From NCBI GenBank assembly GCA_965217185.1, contig OZ244252.1:512001-576000 (forward strand): 64,000 bases of DNA, given 5' to 3'. The notes under the pieces were generated by a model. The model saw nothing but the letters and a program-made list of their open reading frames with translations, was not told where the DNA came from and did no database searches. This stretch comes from an uncultured Candidatus Entotheonella sp. Lineage in GTDB: Bacteria; Tectomicrobia; Entotheonellia; Entotheonellales; Entotheonellaceae. Positions 51,546 through 62,276 of this stretch are shown in pieces; position 1 is the first letter of the stretch; each line of letters starts with the position of its first letter. The position numbers and the translations under genes are program-made.

Positions 51546-52505
51546 CTAGTTCTCGGTGTCCAGTTTTTCCGCGGCTCGAAATCGCGCGCTCCGGCTGCGT
51601 GGATTGGATGCTTGCTCCTCAGGCCGGGGAGCAAGCGGTTTGCGCGTGAGAATTTTCAACTGCGGGCGGAGACCACAGCAGCATTGGGGCAGGCGAGGCG
51701 GGCACTGGCACCCTCGTGCCTGCTGGCGAAAAAATGTCTTCACTTGAAGATCTTCCAGAGAATGAAAGGCGACGACACTGAGGCGGCCGCCACTGCGCAG
51801 CGCCGCCACGGCTTGCGGCAAGGCATCGGCCAGGGCCGGCAACTCGTGATTCACCGCTATGCGGAGGGCTTGAAAGACGCGCGTCGCAGGGTGAATGCGA
51901 GGGGGCCAAGCGGCTCGCGGGATGGCTTGAGCGACGAGGTCGGCCAAACGGCGCGTGCGCGTGATGGCTGAGTTGTCACGCACAGTCACGATCACCTTGG
52001 CAATTCGCCCGGCCCAGCGTTCTTGGCCCAAGGTGCGGAAGATAGTCCGCAACTGTTCGCTGGAAGCCTGATTGATGAGGGTGCTGGCGGTGGTTTCCTG
52101 CCGGGTGTCCATGCGCATGTCGAGGGGACCGTCTTGACGAAAGCTGAAACCGCGCGAGGGGGTGTCTAACTGATGCGACGATACTCCGAGGTCGAAGAGG
52201 ATGCCGTCGACACGTGGGTGCCCGCACTCCTGTAATATCTCCCCGAGATCACGAAAATTTCCATGCCGCGTCAACAATCGCTGACGCCACGGCTTCCCCC
52301 AGTCATGTGCTGCGGCGATGCAGTCTTGATCGCGGTCGATGCCGATCACCATGCTTGACGCCTCACTCGCCTCCAACAAAGCGCGGCTATGCCCGCCGCC
52401 GCCCAGGGTGCAGTCCACATAGACTGCGGGGCTGGAGCTCAGCAAGTGGCTGAGCACCTCCTCTTGCATGACAGCGCAATGTTTAACGAGTGGCGCGGCG
52501 TCCAT
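51546..52505 (-). CDS. rsmH: 16S rRNA m4C1402 methyltransferase
   Basis: DCTLGGGGH, DLGVSS, PLDMRMD, FHSLED and NPRSRSA. Confidence 0.95.
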   Translation of the reverse strand: MDAAPLVKHCAVMQEEVLSHLLSSSPAVYVDCTLGGGGHSRALLEASEASSMVIGIDRDQDCIAAAHDWGKPWRQRLLTRHGNFRDLGEILQECGHPRVDGILFDLGVSSHQLDTPSRGFSFRQDGPLDMRMDTRQETTASTLINQASSEQLRTIFRTLGQERWAGRIAKVIVTVRDNSAITRTRRLADLVAQAIPRAAWPPRIHPATRVFQALRIAVNHELPALADALPQAVAALRSGGRLSVVAFHSLEDLQVKTFFRQQARGCQCPPRLPQCCCGLRPQLKILTRKPLAPRPEEQASNPRSRSARFRAAEKLDTEN

Positions 52506-52516
52506 CGGGGCTTGCC

Positions 52517-52966
52517 TCACAGTTTGAGAGCGGCAATTTGTTCGTGGGACTCGAAATCGGTCGGCTGACTTGCTTCGTAAGCCTCCCAACGGGTCGGAGA
52601 CCACAATTCGAGCTTCTTTCCAACGCCCACCATGTGAGCCTCGGAGCCGATGCCGGCGCAATGTCGCAACTTCTGAGGAATCAGCATGCGTCCCTGTCGG
52701 TCCAGGTTCAACATGGAGGCGCTGGAGTAAAAGCTGCGTGTGAAAGAGCGGGCCTTGGCATCGTTTGGCAACTCATTCACCTGTTCCTGAATATCCACCC
52801 AAACGGGCTTGGGGTAGACGACCAAACAGTTTTCGAAATACCTGGTGATGAACAGGAGACCCCCGTCCTCAGGGCCGTAGAGCTCGTGTAGGATGTGACG
52901 CAGCCCTGCGGGTACGCTTAAGCGACCCTTTTCGTCCAGGCTGAGATCGTATTCCCCCACTAACAC
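52517..52966 (-). CDS. mraZ: Transcriptional regulator MraZ
   Basis: Two DXXGR motifs (DEKGR, DRQGR). Confidence 0.93.
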   Translation of the reverse strand: MLVGEYDLSLDEKGRLSVPAGLRHILHELYGPEDGGLLFITRYFENCLVVYPKPVWVDIQEQVNELPNDAKARSFTRSFYSSASMLNLDRQGRMLIPQKLRHCAGIGSEAHMVGVGKKLELWSPTRWEAYEASQPTDFESHEQIAALKL

Positions 52967-53000
52967 AACAGGGCGTCCTTTTAGGATTATTGAGGCATTT

Positions 53001-53030
53001 CACTCCACTTCATCCCATTCTCTCCCACAT
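53001..53030 (-). promoter_or_regulatory. MraZ-binding repeats of the dcw promoter
   Basis: Minus strand ATGTGGGAGA-GAATGGGATG-AAGTGGAGTG: three TGGR boxes at 10-nt period upstream of mraZ. Confidence 0.75.
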
Positions 53031-53189
53031 AGGAGAATATAGGAACTGCCTCGAAACCCGTCAAGGGGTAAATTCCGACGCCTGTGAAATCATGGGTCTC
53101 GTGCACCACTATGACGGTGCGTTGAGGAATATGAAAAACATTCGGCGATGGCCGATACATGAAGAAACATAAAGGCGGGTTATGGGTTC

Positions 53190-53636
<447 letters not shown>

Positions 53637-53966
53637 AAAAAGACGGGCGTTGTTCAGCACTCGGCGTGCATTCGTGCTTCATTATCGAAAGCGGTGAGAC
53701 TGGTCGCTTCGGTGGTCAATACCCTGGGTCATACTGCTGTGGGCCGATCGACCCTGAGAGATGGAACAACGAGCATAAAACCCAACAATATGAGATAGCG
53801 TGTCTCGTTGCCTTCGTATGTGCGGTACGTAACCAGGACGACAGGTTTGCGCTACAGGAGCGGACAGGGGCTTGATGGCTTTGCCCTTCCGGCGTATGAC
53901 CTCTCCGCTCCGTAGCGAGCGAGTGGGGTGGGGTCTTACTGAGCCTCTATGCGGTGTTCCCAAACC

Positions 53967-54347
53967 CTAATTGCCGCCTTGGTACGGCGGAACCGCAAGC
54001 GTTCGTAAAAAAGCTACGAGGTTCTGCAATTGATCATCTTTCAGGTCAAACTGCGGCGGCATGATCGGGGATTTGCCAACAGCGGGACCGCCTTCTTTGA
54101 TTACTCTGATCAGATTTTCGTCCGACAGCGCATTCATGTAAGCCCCATCGGTGTGGTCCCGCGGTGGGGGCCGCAAGGCTTTGGCGGTCGGCGTATTGGC
54201 CTTGCCATCCGGCCCGTGGCAAGGGGCGCAACGCTGTTCATAAAGCGCCTGGCCAGCTTCGATATCCGCCGATTCGGCAAGACCGGCAATACCGACCAAT
54301 GCCGCTACTGCCGTCGTCAAGAAAACCACCACATACTTACTGAACAT
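53967..54347 (-). CDS. Mono-heme cytochrome c, exported
   Basis: Signal peptide, CAPCH and a distal Met (SPIMPP). Confidence 0.9.
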   Translation of the reverse strand: MFSKYVVVFLTTAVAALVGIAGLAESADIEAGQALYEQRCAPCHGPDGKANTPTAKALRPPPRDHTDGAYMNALSDENLIRVIKEGGPAVGKSPIMPPQFDLKDDQLQNLVAFLRTLAVPPYQGGN

Positions 54348-54455
54348 ATCCGACAAACCTCCTCCCTTGAGAAACAGACAAATACCACGTCCTCCGCAGC
54401 GCTCGCTGCTCCTGTCGTCCCGTGCTCTGCGAACCCTCTTCGCGAGTGAACCTGT

Positions 54456-55550
54456 CTATGTGGAGACGGGAATCAGTTCCGAAATATCCAGGTTGGGACG
54501 TGCATCAAGATCGAGGAAGGCAGGGTACTGGTAAAGCTCCCCGCAAGCCTCGTATCGGAAAGCTGCTGCCGCGGCAATCATGGCGGCATTATCGGTACAT
54601 AAAATAGGGGATGGAAAGAGAACCGGCAAACCCAACGATTCTCCCACCAAAGCCATCCGCCGTCGAAGCGCTGTGTTGCAGGCCACCCCGCCTACCACGG
54701 CAATGGCTTCAGCCTTTGTCTGTTCGACGGCTCGAATCGTTTTGCTTACCAAGGCATCAACAACCGCTTCCTGGAAGCTGGCCAGAATGTCGTTGCGGTC
54801 TTGTTCCCATTGTGGGCCATCAGGTAGCGGCCAAAAGGAATCGTCCTGAAAGAATCGTTGGCCGTGCAGGTCGCTTACGTCGAGGAGGTAAGATCGGACA
54901 GCGGATTTCACGCCGCTGAAACTGAAGTCCAGGTTGTTCTGTCCCTGCATGGCGCGCGGGAAGTGGACCGCTGCAGGGTTCCCATGCACTGCCAAGCGGT
55001 TGACAACCGGACCTCCAGGATAGCCCAAGCTGAGCATCTTGGCAACTTTGTCGAAGCATTCGCCGGCAGCGTCGTCGCGCGTCCGTCCCAGCACGTCGTA
55101 TCGTCCCCTTTGCGGGCAATAATATAGGTCCGAATGCCCTCCGGAGACCACTAAGGCGACGAACGGACACGGCACGGGTTCGTCCCCGAGGTAGATGGCG
55201 CTGACGTGGCCGTCCAGATGATGCACGCCGACCAGCGGTTTTCCCAAGCCGTAGGCCAGGGATTTCGCAAAGCTCAGCCCAATCAGAAGCGCGCCGACGA
55301 GCCCCGGACCTTGCGTGACGCCGATGAGGTCGATGTCGCGCAGCGTCACGCCTGCCTGCTCCAGGGCGGCTTCGACCACGGGCCGGATGTTTTCGGTGTG
55401 GCTCCGGCAAGCCAGTTCCGGAACCACGCCCCCGTAGGCCGCGTGGATGTTGTGTTGTGAGGAAATGATGTTGGCGAGGACATCGTGCCCGTCCGCTAAA
55501 ACAGCAGCGGACGTTTCGTCGCACGAGGTCTCGATTCCCAAGGTGAGCAT
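54456..55550 (-). CDS. tsaD: tRNA N6-adenosine threonylcarbamoyltransferase
   Basis: GIETSCDET, GGVVPELA, HHLDGH and CTDNAAMIA. Confidence 0.96.
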   Translation of the reverse strand: MLTLGIETSCDETSAAVLADGHDVLANIISSQHNIHAAYGGVVPELACRSHTENIRPVVEAALEQAGVTLRDIDLIGVTQGPGLVGALLIGLSFAKSLAYGLGKPLVGVHHLDGHVSAIYLGDEPVPCPFVALVVSGGHSDLYYCPQRGRYDVLGRTRDDAAGECFDKVAKMLSLGYPGGPVVNRLAVHGNPAAVHFPRAMQGQNNLDFSFSGVKSAVRSYLLDVSDLHGQRFFQDDSFWPLPDGPQWEQDRNDILASFQEAVVDALVSKTIRAVEQTKAEAIAVVGGVACNTALRRRMALVGESLGLPVLFPSPILCTDNAAMIAAAAAFRYEACGELYQYPAFLDLDARPNLDISELIPVST

Positions 55551-55604
55551 GGTGGGATTCCGTCAGGGGCGCCGACCAAGCGCTACCCAGCGTGGACCGC
55601 GAAG

Positions 55605-56876
55605 TTACTCCTGCGGTTCGGCCTGGGCTGCCTTCTTCTCGTCTGTCATCTTGTTGGTGAGGAAGTCGAAAGCCTTTTTCAGTTGCGTATCACCGGACAG
55701 ATCTTCACCCGGCAACTCCATCTGACGACGGCTGCGCAGTTCCGACGCCTGCTCGTCGCCCTCAGGCTCGGGTACCGGTTCCAGCTCGACGACGATATCC
55801 GGCGTGATCCCCTTGCCGTGAATTTCGGCGTTGTTGGGGGTGTAATACTTCGCTGTCGTCAGACGCAAGCCTGAGCCGTCGCTGAGCGGAATGATCGTTT
55901 GCACCGAGCCCTTGCCGAAGCTCTGCGTGCCGATGAGGGTGGCGCGGTCCCAGTCCTTCAAGGCGCCGGCAACAATTTCGGAAGCACTGGCGCTGCCACC
56001 GTTGATCAGAATGGCCAGCGGCTGGTTGTCCCAAATGTCCCCGCCTTTCGAGAACCCCTTCATATTCTGATTGGTCAGACGCCCTTTGGTGTAAACGACC
56101 AGCTTGCCGTTTTCCAGAAAGACCTCGGACACCGCGATGGCCTGGTCCAGAAGGCCGCCCGGATTGTTGCGGAGGTCAAGGACGAGGGCGGAGATGCCTT
56201 GCGACTCAAGGTCCTGCAGGGCTTCCTTCACCTCGTTCACGGTGGTTTTCTGGAAGCTTCGGACCTTGATGTATCCCACATCTTCAGGCAGCTTGGTCCA
56301 TCGCACACTTTGGATCTTAATGACCGCGCGGACAATGGTGAAATCCTTGGGTTCGGCAAACCCTGGGCGCAGGATGCCGATCGTCACCTCTGTGCCTTCG
56401 GGACCTCGAAGCTTCTTCACCGCTTCGATCAACGTCATGTCCTTGGTCGACTCACCCTCCACGAGCACGATTTTATCGCCGGCCTGGACGCCCGCCCGGA
56501 AGGCCGGCGTGCCCTCGATAGGGGAGACCACGGTCAGCACGTCGTCGCGAATCGTAATTTCGATGCCCAAACCGCCGAAGCGTCCTTCCGTTTCGACCTG
56601 CATTTCGCTGAACATTTCCGGCGGCATAAAGGACGAATGCGGATCCAGGCTGCGCAGCATGCCGCGGATGGCACCGTGGATGACCCGCTCGGGCTCCACT
56701 TCCTCCACATAATTTGCTTCGACGTAGGAAAGGACTTCCGTGAAAATCTTCAGGTCTTCGTAGCGCTCAATTTGGAAGGGGTGGCGATTCGCCATCACCA
56801 CGCCCGTGCAAATACTCACCAGAACGACGATGACTGACCATAGCCACACCGGCTTTCCCCGAAGCTTCCGCGCCAT
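55605..56876 (-). CDS. ctpA: S41 carboxyl-terminal processing protease
   Basis: LDPHS, PDZ domain, DLRNNPGG, SASASEI and GKGSVQ. Confidence 0.92.
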   Translation of the reverse strand: MARKLRGKPVWLWSVIVVLVSICTGVVMANRHPFQIERYEDLKIFTEVLSYVEANYVEEVEPERVIHGAIRGMLRSLDPHSSFMPPEMFSEMQVETEGRFGGLGIEITIRDDVLTVVSPIEGTPAFRAGVQAGDKIVLVEGESTKDMTLIEAVKKLRGPEGTEVTIGILRPGFAEPKDFTIVRAVIKIQSVRWTKLPEDVGYIKVRSFQKTTVNEVKEALQDLESQGISALVLDLRNNPGGLLDQAIAVSEVFLENGKLVVYTKGRLTNQNMKGFSKGGDIWDNQPLAILINGGSASASEIVAGALKDWDRATLIGTQSFGKGSVQTIIPLSDGSGLRLTTAKYYTPNNAEIHGKGITPDIVVELEPVPEPEGDEQASELRSRRQMELPGEDLSGDTQLKKAFDFLTNKMTDEKKAAQAEPQE

Positions 56877-57635
56877 GAGATTTTCCTTGTTGAGTTGGGG
56901 CCCGCTCCTCAGCCGCCAAGTCCCTTTGGCCGGCCGCTGCCTGCTCAAACGCATGTCAACACGGGTTAGGTTAGGAATTACCAACTAGCGTACCATAATC
57001 CTGAATCCTGCAAAATCAAAACGGGACAAAGTAAAACCGAATGAAATCCGTATCAAAGACGCATCAGAGAGATGAGCGACCATAAGACAAACGGCCGGTC
57101 TTGTAAAGCTCGCGGAAGGGGCAACGCCGCCCCGTGGAAATTTGCGACGGCACGAAACACGAAAAAAGTACTGAGGATGTTTGACATGCGCGACAATCCC
57201 GTATAAAAGGGGCGTATGTTAACAGTTTAACAAGGCGTTGTGCGCTGGGACGGGTCGCGTTCCGGCACCCCGCTCGTGGGCCGCTGGCGCACGGTGGGTG
57301 GGCATGACCGCAACTCTGGGATGGTCAATTCCAGAAATTCTACCGCCATGTGGTCTATTGACGGCGGTGTCGAAACCGTGGTAAACATCCCGCCTTGTTA
57401 ACCGGACGCTAACACGAACCAAACGGCGGCGTACCGGAGGGCAACCTGCGAAAGGCAGAGGGGGGCACGTCTTGCAACGTGTTGCGATGCCAATAGCCAG
57501 GAACGCCGTAACGCCCCAGCGTGCACCTCCGGTGCGGTACGATGGGTGTAAAGGGTGACCATTGGGCAAGCTTGTAACGAGGTGCTGCCAATCTAAGGAC
57601 CAACGTAACGTAGGCCACACAAAGGAGTCCAGTCC

Positions 57636-59141
57636 ATGACCTATGTACCCAGAATTCTTGTCCTGCTGTTAGTGGGGCTTTTTATGATGAGCGCGTCAGC
57701 TTCGGCCGACGACCGGCTGTCGGTTAGCGGTAACATGGATTTCCGTTTTCTCATGTTTGAGAACTACTCCAATAATGACCGCAACTACACGGATGCGGCG
57801 CTGGGAACCCCCGCGGTGCCAGGCCAGCGCGGCGATGAAGACTCGCTGACCTGGATGCACCAGCGCTTCAATTTTGCGATTTCAGTGGAAGCGTTTGAGA
57901 ACAGCAAGGTGGTTGTCCAGACGCACGTCGATCAGCAATGGGGTATGCAGACTTACAACATCGGCGTTGGCGCCTACAGCGGCGCCTTTGTGATTGAAGG
58001 GTACTGGCTGGAAGGCCTGATTCCCGGCACCGCGGCGAAGTTCCAGATCGGTGTTCCCTATTTCGCCGCCGAGTCCGGAGGATGGGCTGCAGCCAACAAG
58101 ATCTTTAACACCGCTGCTCCTGGCGCAACGCTAAGCGCCCCGCTCAGTGACACGATCAGCACCTACACGTGGTTTTCGTGGATCGGGCAAGATCTTGACG
58201 GCTATAATGGGGGCTCGGTCACAACGGGAGTTGGTAACGGGGGCGGCCATGGCGACGATTGGGCTCTCGGTAGTCGTGCCACCTTAACGCTCGGGGAAGG
58301 TCTGGAGGCTGATCTAATATACGCATACCATTTCACGGAATGCGGTGCCGCGCACAAAGCGGTCTCCGACACGCCCTGCGACACGGGCGCGTTATACGGT
58401 GCGGGCAGCAATACGGCGTATGAAGAAAACCGCCACTGGATCGGCAGCACCCTGCGTTACGATTATGCCGATTTCAGCTTTTCGCCTACCCTGATCCTGT
58501 ACATTGCCGATGATGAACTGGCGGGGGAGACCGAGTCCATACTGCTGGACGTGCGCGCTGGTTACAGCGTGGGTCCGCTGTCGCTTTCGGGCCGGATCGT
58601 GTACACGCCGGGTAGTGGAGTCGACGCGAACGGCATGCAACGCACCGACAAGGACTATGACGTGATCGGGGTCTGGGGCATCCCTCATGCTACCCAGTGG
58701 TTCTCCTTGCTTGGCAATTCCTCCGGCAGCCCCACCTTTAACGACTTGGGCCCCTTGCTGGTCAACGATTCCGTTCAGGGAAATATCAGGCACGAGAGTT
58801 TCGGCCTGATGCACGTTGCCGCCAAGGCAGAATATACGCTGACGCCGCAAACGACCATTGGGGCGGCCGTGGGTCTCTTCAATACTGCCGAAGAGACTGC
58901 GGGCATCCCGAGGGATGGGGATGCGGGTGAGGCTCTTGAAGGCGCTACGTACGTTGGCGGGTCGCACCTTGGGACCGAGGTTGATGCGTTCCTGCATTAC
59001 AATCTGTATCCGAATACCACCATTTCCCTGTTCGTGGCTTATGCCATGATGGGCGACGCTCTGGATCTGCGTACGTCGGCTGGCACGTTCGAGTCCCAGG
59101 ACGTGTTTGGCGCCGGTGGCAGATTTGTGTACAGCTTCTAA
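57636..59141 (+). CDS. Outer-membrane beta-barrel / porin-like protein
   Basis: AAGGAG RBS, signal peptide (ASA), alternating beta-strand pattern and C-terminal ...FVYSF. Confidence 0.8.
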   Translation: MTYVPRILVLLLVGLFMMSASASADDRLSVSGNMDFRFLMFENYSNNDRNYTDAALGTPAVPGQRGDEDSLTWMHQRFNFAISVEAFENSKVVVQTHVDQQWGMQTYNIGVGAYSGAFVIEGYWLEGLIPGTAAKFQIGVPYFAAESGGWAAANKIFNTAAPGATLSAPLSDTISTYTWFSWIGQDLDGYNGGSVTTGVGNGGGHGDDWALGSRATLTLGEGLEADLIYAYHFTECGAAHKAVSDTPCDTGALYGAGSNTAYEENRHWIGSTLRYDYADFSFSPTLILYIADDELAGETESILLDVRAGYSVGPLSLSGRIVYTPGSGVDANGMQRTDKDYDVIGVWGIPHATQWFSLLGNSSGSPTFNDLGPLLVNDSVQGNIRHESFGLMHVAAKAEYTLTPQTTIGAAVGLFNTAEETAGIPRDGDAGEALEGATYVGGSHLGTEVDAFLHYNLYPNTTISLFVAYAMMGDALDLRTSAGTFESQDVFGAGGRFVYSF

Positions 59142-59164
59142 TCTAACCCCCGCCAAGTAGGTTT

Positions 59165-59206
59165 CGATGGCCGACGGCTTCCCTAGCCGTCGGCCATCGT
59201 TATTTC
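59165..59206 (+). terminator. Intrinsic terminator after the porin gene
   Basis: CGATGGCCGACGGCT-TCCCT-AGCCGTCGGCCATCG then TTATTTC. Confidence 0.8.
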
Positions 59207-59213
59207 AGTGCCT

Positions 59214-59255
59214 TGATGTAGGTCGGATTAGCGAAGCGTAATCCGACCTACATCA
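59214..59255. repeat. GTAG-type REP palindrome
   Basis: TGATGTAGGTCGGATTA-GCGAAGCG-TAATCCGACCTACATCA. Confidence 0.85.
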
Positions 59256-59416
59256 TTCTATGCGTCTTCCTATTTTCACCCGTCTCAGAGCGCCCGAAGC
59301 AGTACCATTTGGCCCTGGAGTATAAAGACCCCGCCGTGCGTTTGCCCCCTTCGGAAGGGTGCTGGTATCATCTTGCCGCCATGTGGAATTACCAACGTCA
59401 TGAGAAGGACCGGGCC

Positions 59417-60136
59417 ATGAGAAATCGCGGATTGGCAGTGGTGTTGGGGTGGTTGGCCGCCGCCCTGCTCTGGTGGCCGGGAATACCGGAAGCGGCCATG
59501 TACCAACTCCAGGTGGCCAGCGTTCCCGAGCGTGTTTTCATGTACTTTGTCGAAGGTCGCGCGTTGCCGCGTGCCGAGGCATTCTTCGATGACACCGGGC
59601 GTTCCAAATTCGTGCTATTCCGCGACCGGCAGCCGCAACTGCTGGAGCCGATGGCACCGGATCGGTCGGCGCCTTTGCCCGTTAACGTCACGCTTCCGAA
59701 GCCAAACAACCCGTGGGGCGTAACGACCTGGGACGGCGAGGCGGGGCAACTGGCGGTGTTTCGCATCCGCGGCATACAGAGTGATCACCAGAAGCTGAGG
59801 CGGGTTGCGGTGCAAACGGATGGAGTTCTGACCCGGTTTCCGGTGCGCGGCATTCCGGCTTCCCAATCTCAGCGGCTGCAGGTGCCGGCGACCGCGTCAA
59901 ATTATCTGGTGCATGTCATGCAAAGCGGTACGTTTCCGGCCTGGGTTGAACGGCGTGCGGTGTCCTACGACGGGCTGTCGGTGATCGTCGGAAGGCACCA
60001 TAACGCGCAGGAATCCGACACGGTGTACTTGGTGGTGCGCATGCCGCAGACAGGGCGGTCGTACAAGGTCATACTGGGCTGGAAAAACGTGAAGCGAGAG
60101 GGTGGATATGCAAACAATCAGGGCAGGCGCAATTAA
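59417..60136 (+). CDS. Hypothetical secreted protein
   Basis: Signal peptide MRNRGLAVVLGWLAAALLW...EAA; fills the gap between REP copies. Confidence 0.7.
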   Translation: MRNRGLAVVLGWLAAALLWWPGIPEAAMYQLQVASVPERVFMYFVEGRALPRAEAFFDDTGRSKFVLFRDRQPQLLEPMAPDRSAPLPVNVTLPKPNNPWGVTTWDGEAGQLAVFRIRGIQSDHQKLRRVAVQTDGVLTRFPVRGIPASQSQRLQVPATASNYLVHVMQSGTFPAWVERRAVSYDGLSVIVGRHHNAQESDTVYLVVRMPQTGRSYKVILGWKNVKREGGYANNQGRRN

Positions 60137-60182
60137 ACGATTTCCGTATAGGCTTGAATCATGTGTGGACTGGCCGCTCCAA

Positions 60183-60272
60183 GTAGGTTGGATTAGCCGT
60201 AGGCGTAACTCGGTAGCAGAAGTCTGTGGGGCGAAAAGGAAGGTCGGATTATGCTTCGTTAATCCGACCTAC
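60183..60272. repeat. Inverted REP doublet (REPIN-like)
   Basis: GTAGGTTGGATTAGCCGTAGGCGTAA...GTCGGATTATGCTTCGTTAATCCGACCTAC. Confidence 0.75.
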
Positions 60273-60340
60273 TGCTTGATGCGGAAATGCTCTGGAACAA
60301 AGGGCTGCGCCAGCCGCGGCCGGCAGCAGGGGAGAAGCGT

Positions 60341-62269
60341 ATGACCCGCCGGGTGCAATGCCTGTTGTGGACCGCGGCGCTGTTGACGTGGCCTTGTCTG
60401 GCCTTGGCGCAGGTAAGCTATGACTTCGCCGCCGCAGCCAGCGACGTAGCGGGCCAGTTGGCGCAGCGTTTTCCCCATCTGCAGGGCGAGGTGGTCGACG
60501 TGCAAGGCGAGCAGCTTTACGTCAGCTTGGGGGCGCGGGATCAGGTGCTTGAGGGCATGCGGCTGAACGTGTTCCGAGAAGGCGACGAGTTGACTTCTCC
60601 CAGCACCGGCGAGGTATTGGGTCGGCTGGAAGAGGACCTGGGAACAGTCACGGTGACGCAGGTGGCCGAGACATACGCCGTGGCGGCGCTGACGAACACC
60701 GCTAGCGGCGTGAAGGTGCAAGCCGGCGACAAGGTGCGGATTACCGCCGGGCGGTTATCATTGGGCTTGCTGCCGGTAAGCGACCAGACCGGACGCGCGA
60801 TGCCGTTGGCCGCGCTTGTCGATGCCGTGCAACACGGCCTCAATGCCACTGGCCGGTTTCACGTGGTGCCGAGGGCGCGTCTGGCGGTATGGTTATTGGA
60901 ACGTGGCCTGTCGCCAGGAGAAGTACTAGCGCCCGAGGTCATGTCTGAGGCGGCGAGCGCTTTGGGCATGACCTACATCGCGCAGCCGGTGTTGCGGGAC
61001 GCTGGCGATACGATGGTTGTCGAGCTCCGTTTGTTTGCACCCGCTCAACCGCAAACGTCCGTGACCACAACCCTGGCCATGCTTTCAGAAGCCGCGCCAA
61101 TGCGCCAGCGGCCTGCCTCACCCCCCGTTCCTCAACCCCCCGCCACCGTTTCCACGCCGCCAACCGGCCCCGATTCGCCGCCTGCCGCGGCGGTTCCGAC
61201 GCTCCCGGCGCCGACGGACAATCTAACGACGTTGCAGAGCCTGCTGAGCGCTGACCCGCTTGCGCTTGAAAAGAGCTACGTGCCGTTGGCGCAATTCCCC
61301 ACCGAGTTGCGCGGTTTTGATGCCGCAGACATCGACGGCGACGGCCAGAGCGAACTGGTGATGCTCAGTGACACAAAGGTGCTTTTGTATCACGTGCAGG
61401 AACGCCAACTGGTTTCCATCGCTTCCTATTCCGACAACCGCCCCGGCACTTTGTTGAGCGCGCAACTGGTGCGACTTGGCGACGGGCAGACGCCGGGTGT
61501 GGTGGTGAATCGTTACAGCCCTAACCGAAGGGGCATGGATTCGTTCTTCCTGGCCCTACAGGGTAATCAGTTGGTTCGACAGCAGAAGGGCCTGTCGGAT
61601 ATTTTGCTCGCCGTGGATACTGATGGCGACGGGGTGAATGAAAGCATTTGGGGGCAGCCCTTCGACGGCAAGGATTTTTTCCGGCGCGGTCAAGTGAGGC
61701 AATACGAACTGCGGAACGGCCGCTTGAAGCGGCAGCGGAAGTTGTCGCTGCCCGGCGGGTTCCGTGCCACCGGCGCTGCGCTGGCCCAACTCGGGGTACT
61801 GGGAAACCGTCAGTTGGTATTCGTGGATGAGCGCCACAACCTGCAGGTGTACGATGGCAAGACCAGGCGCTGGAAGTCTAGGACAAACGTAGGGGGCAGC
61901 TACGTGTTTGCCGCGCTGGAAATACAATACAGCCCCAGGGTCGCTGATCAGGCACAGTTTGACTTCGAGGCCATTCCGGCGGTGGCGGACCTTGACGGCG
62001 ACGGCATTGACGAGGTGCTGGTTCCGCAGAATCAGAGCCAGCTCGGCGTGGTTCCGAATCTGAACCTGTACAGCGGTGGTCATGTGGTGCTGATGCGGCA
62101 GACGCCGCAAGGCTTCGCGCTGTCGCCGGTCAGTCCGGGATTCGATGGCGTGGTGAGCGGCGTTGCGGTGCTGAAGGGCCGTACGCCGGGGATTCTGGTG
62201 GCGGTTTCCAAGCGGGAAGGGGTACTGAAGCAGAAAAAGCAGACGATTCTCTATCTGAATCGGTTATAA
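60341..62269 (+). CDS. Secreted protein with an FlgT-C-like N-terminal domain, Pro-rich linker and FG-GAP/VCBS repeats
   Basis: Signal peptide (ALA); GEVVDV...PSTGEVLG; ADIDGDGQSE, DTDGDG and ADLDGDGIDE. Confidence 0.78.
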   Translation: MTRRVQCLLWTAALLTWPCLALAQVSYDFAAAASDVAGQLAQRFPHLQGEVVDVQGEQLYVSLGARDQVLEGMRLNVFREGDELTSPSTGEVLGRLEEDLGTVTVTQVAETYAVAALTNTASGVKVQAGDKVRITAGRLSLGLLPVSDQTGRAMPLAALVDAVQHGLNATGRFHVVPRARLAVWLLERGLSPGEVLAPEVMSEAASALGMTYIAQPVLRDAGDTMVVELRLFAPAQPQTSVTTTLAMLSEAAPMRQRPASPPVPQPPATVSTPPTGPDSPPAAAVPTLPAPTDNLTTLQSLLSADPLALEKSYVPLAQFPTELRGFDAADIDGDGQSELVMLSDTKVLLYHVQERQLVSIASYSDNRPGTLLSAQLVRLGDGQTPGVVVNRYSPNRRGMDSFFLALQGNQLVRQQKGLSDILLAVDTDGDGVNESIWGQPFDGKDFFRRGQVRQYELRNGRLKRQRKLSLPGGFRATGAALAQLGVLGNRQLVFVDERHNLQVYDGKTRRWKSRTNVGGSYVFAALEIQYSPRVADQAQFDFEAIPAVADLDGDGIDEVLVPQNQSQLGVVPNLNLYSGGHVVLMRQTPQGFALSPVSPGFDGVVSGVAVLKGRTPGILVAVSKREGVLKQKKQTILYLNRL

Positions 62270-62276
62270 GCGGAGT

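Noticed and set aside
53850..53917. SRP RNA (minus strand has CCGGAAGG)
   Set aside because: The conserved CAGG/AGCA internal loop around the tetraloop is not present.
57181..57209. TTGACA...TATAAA promoter
   Set aside because: Spacer is only 15 bp; plausible but not supportable without TSS data.
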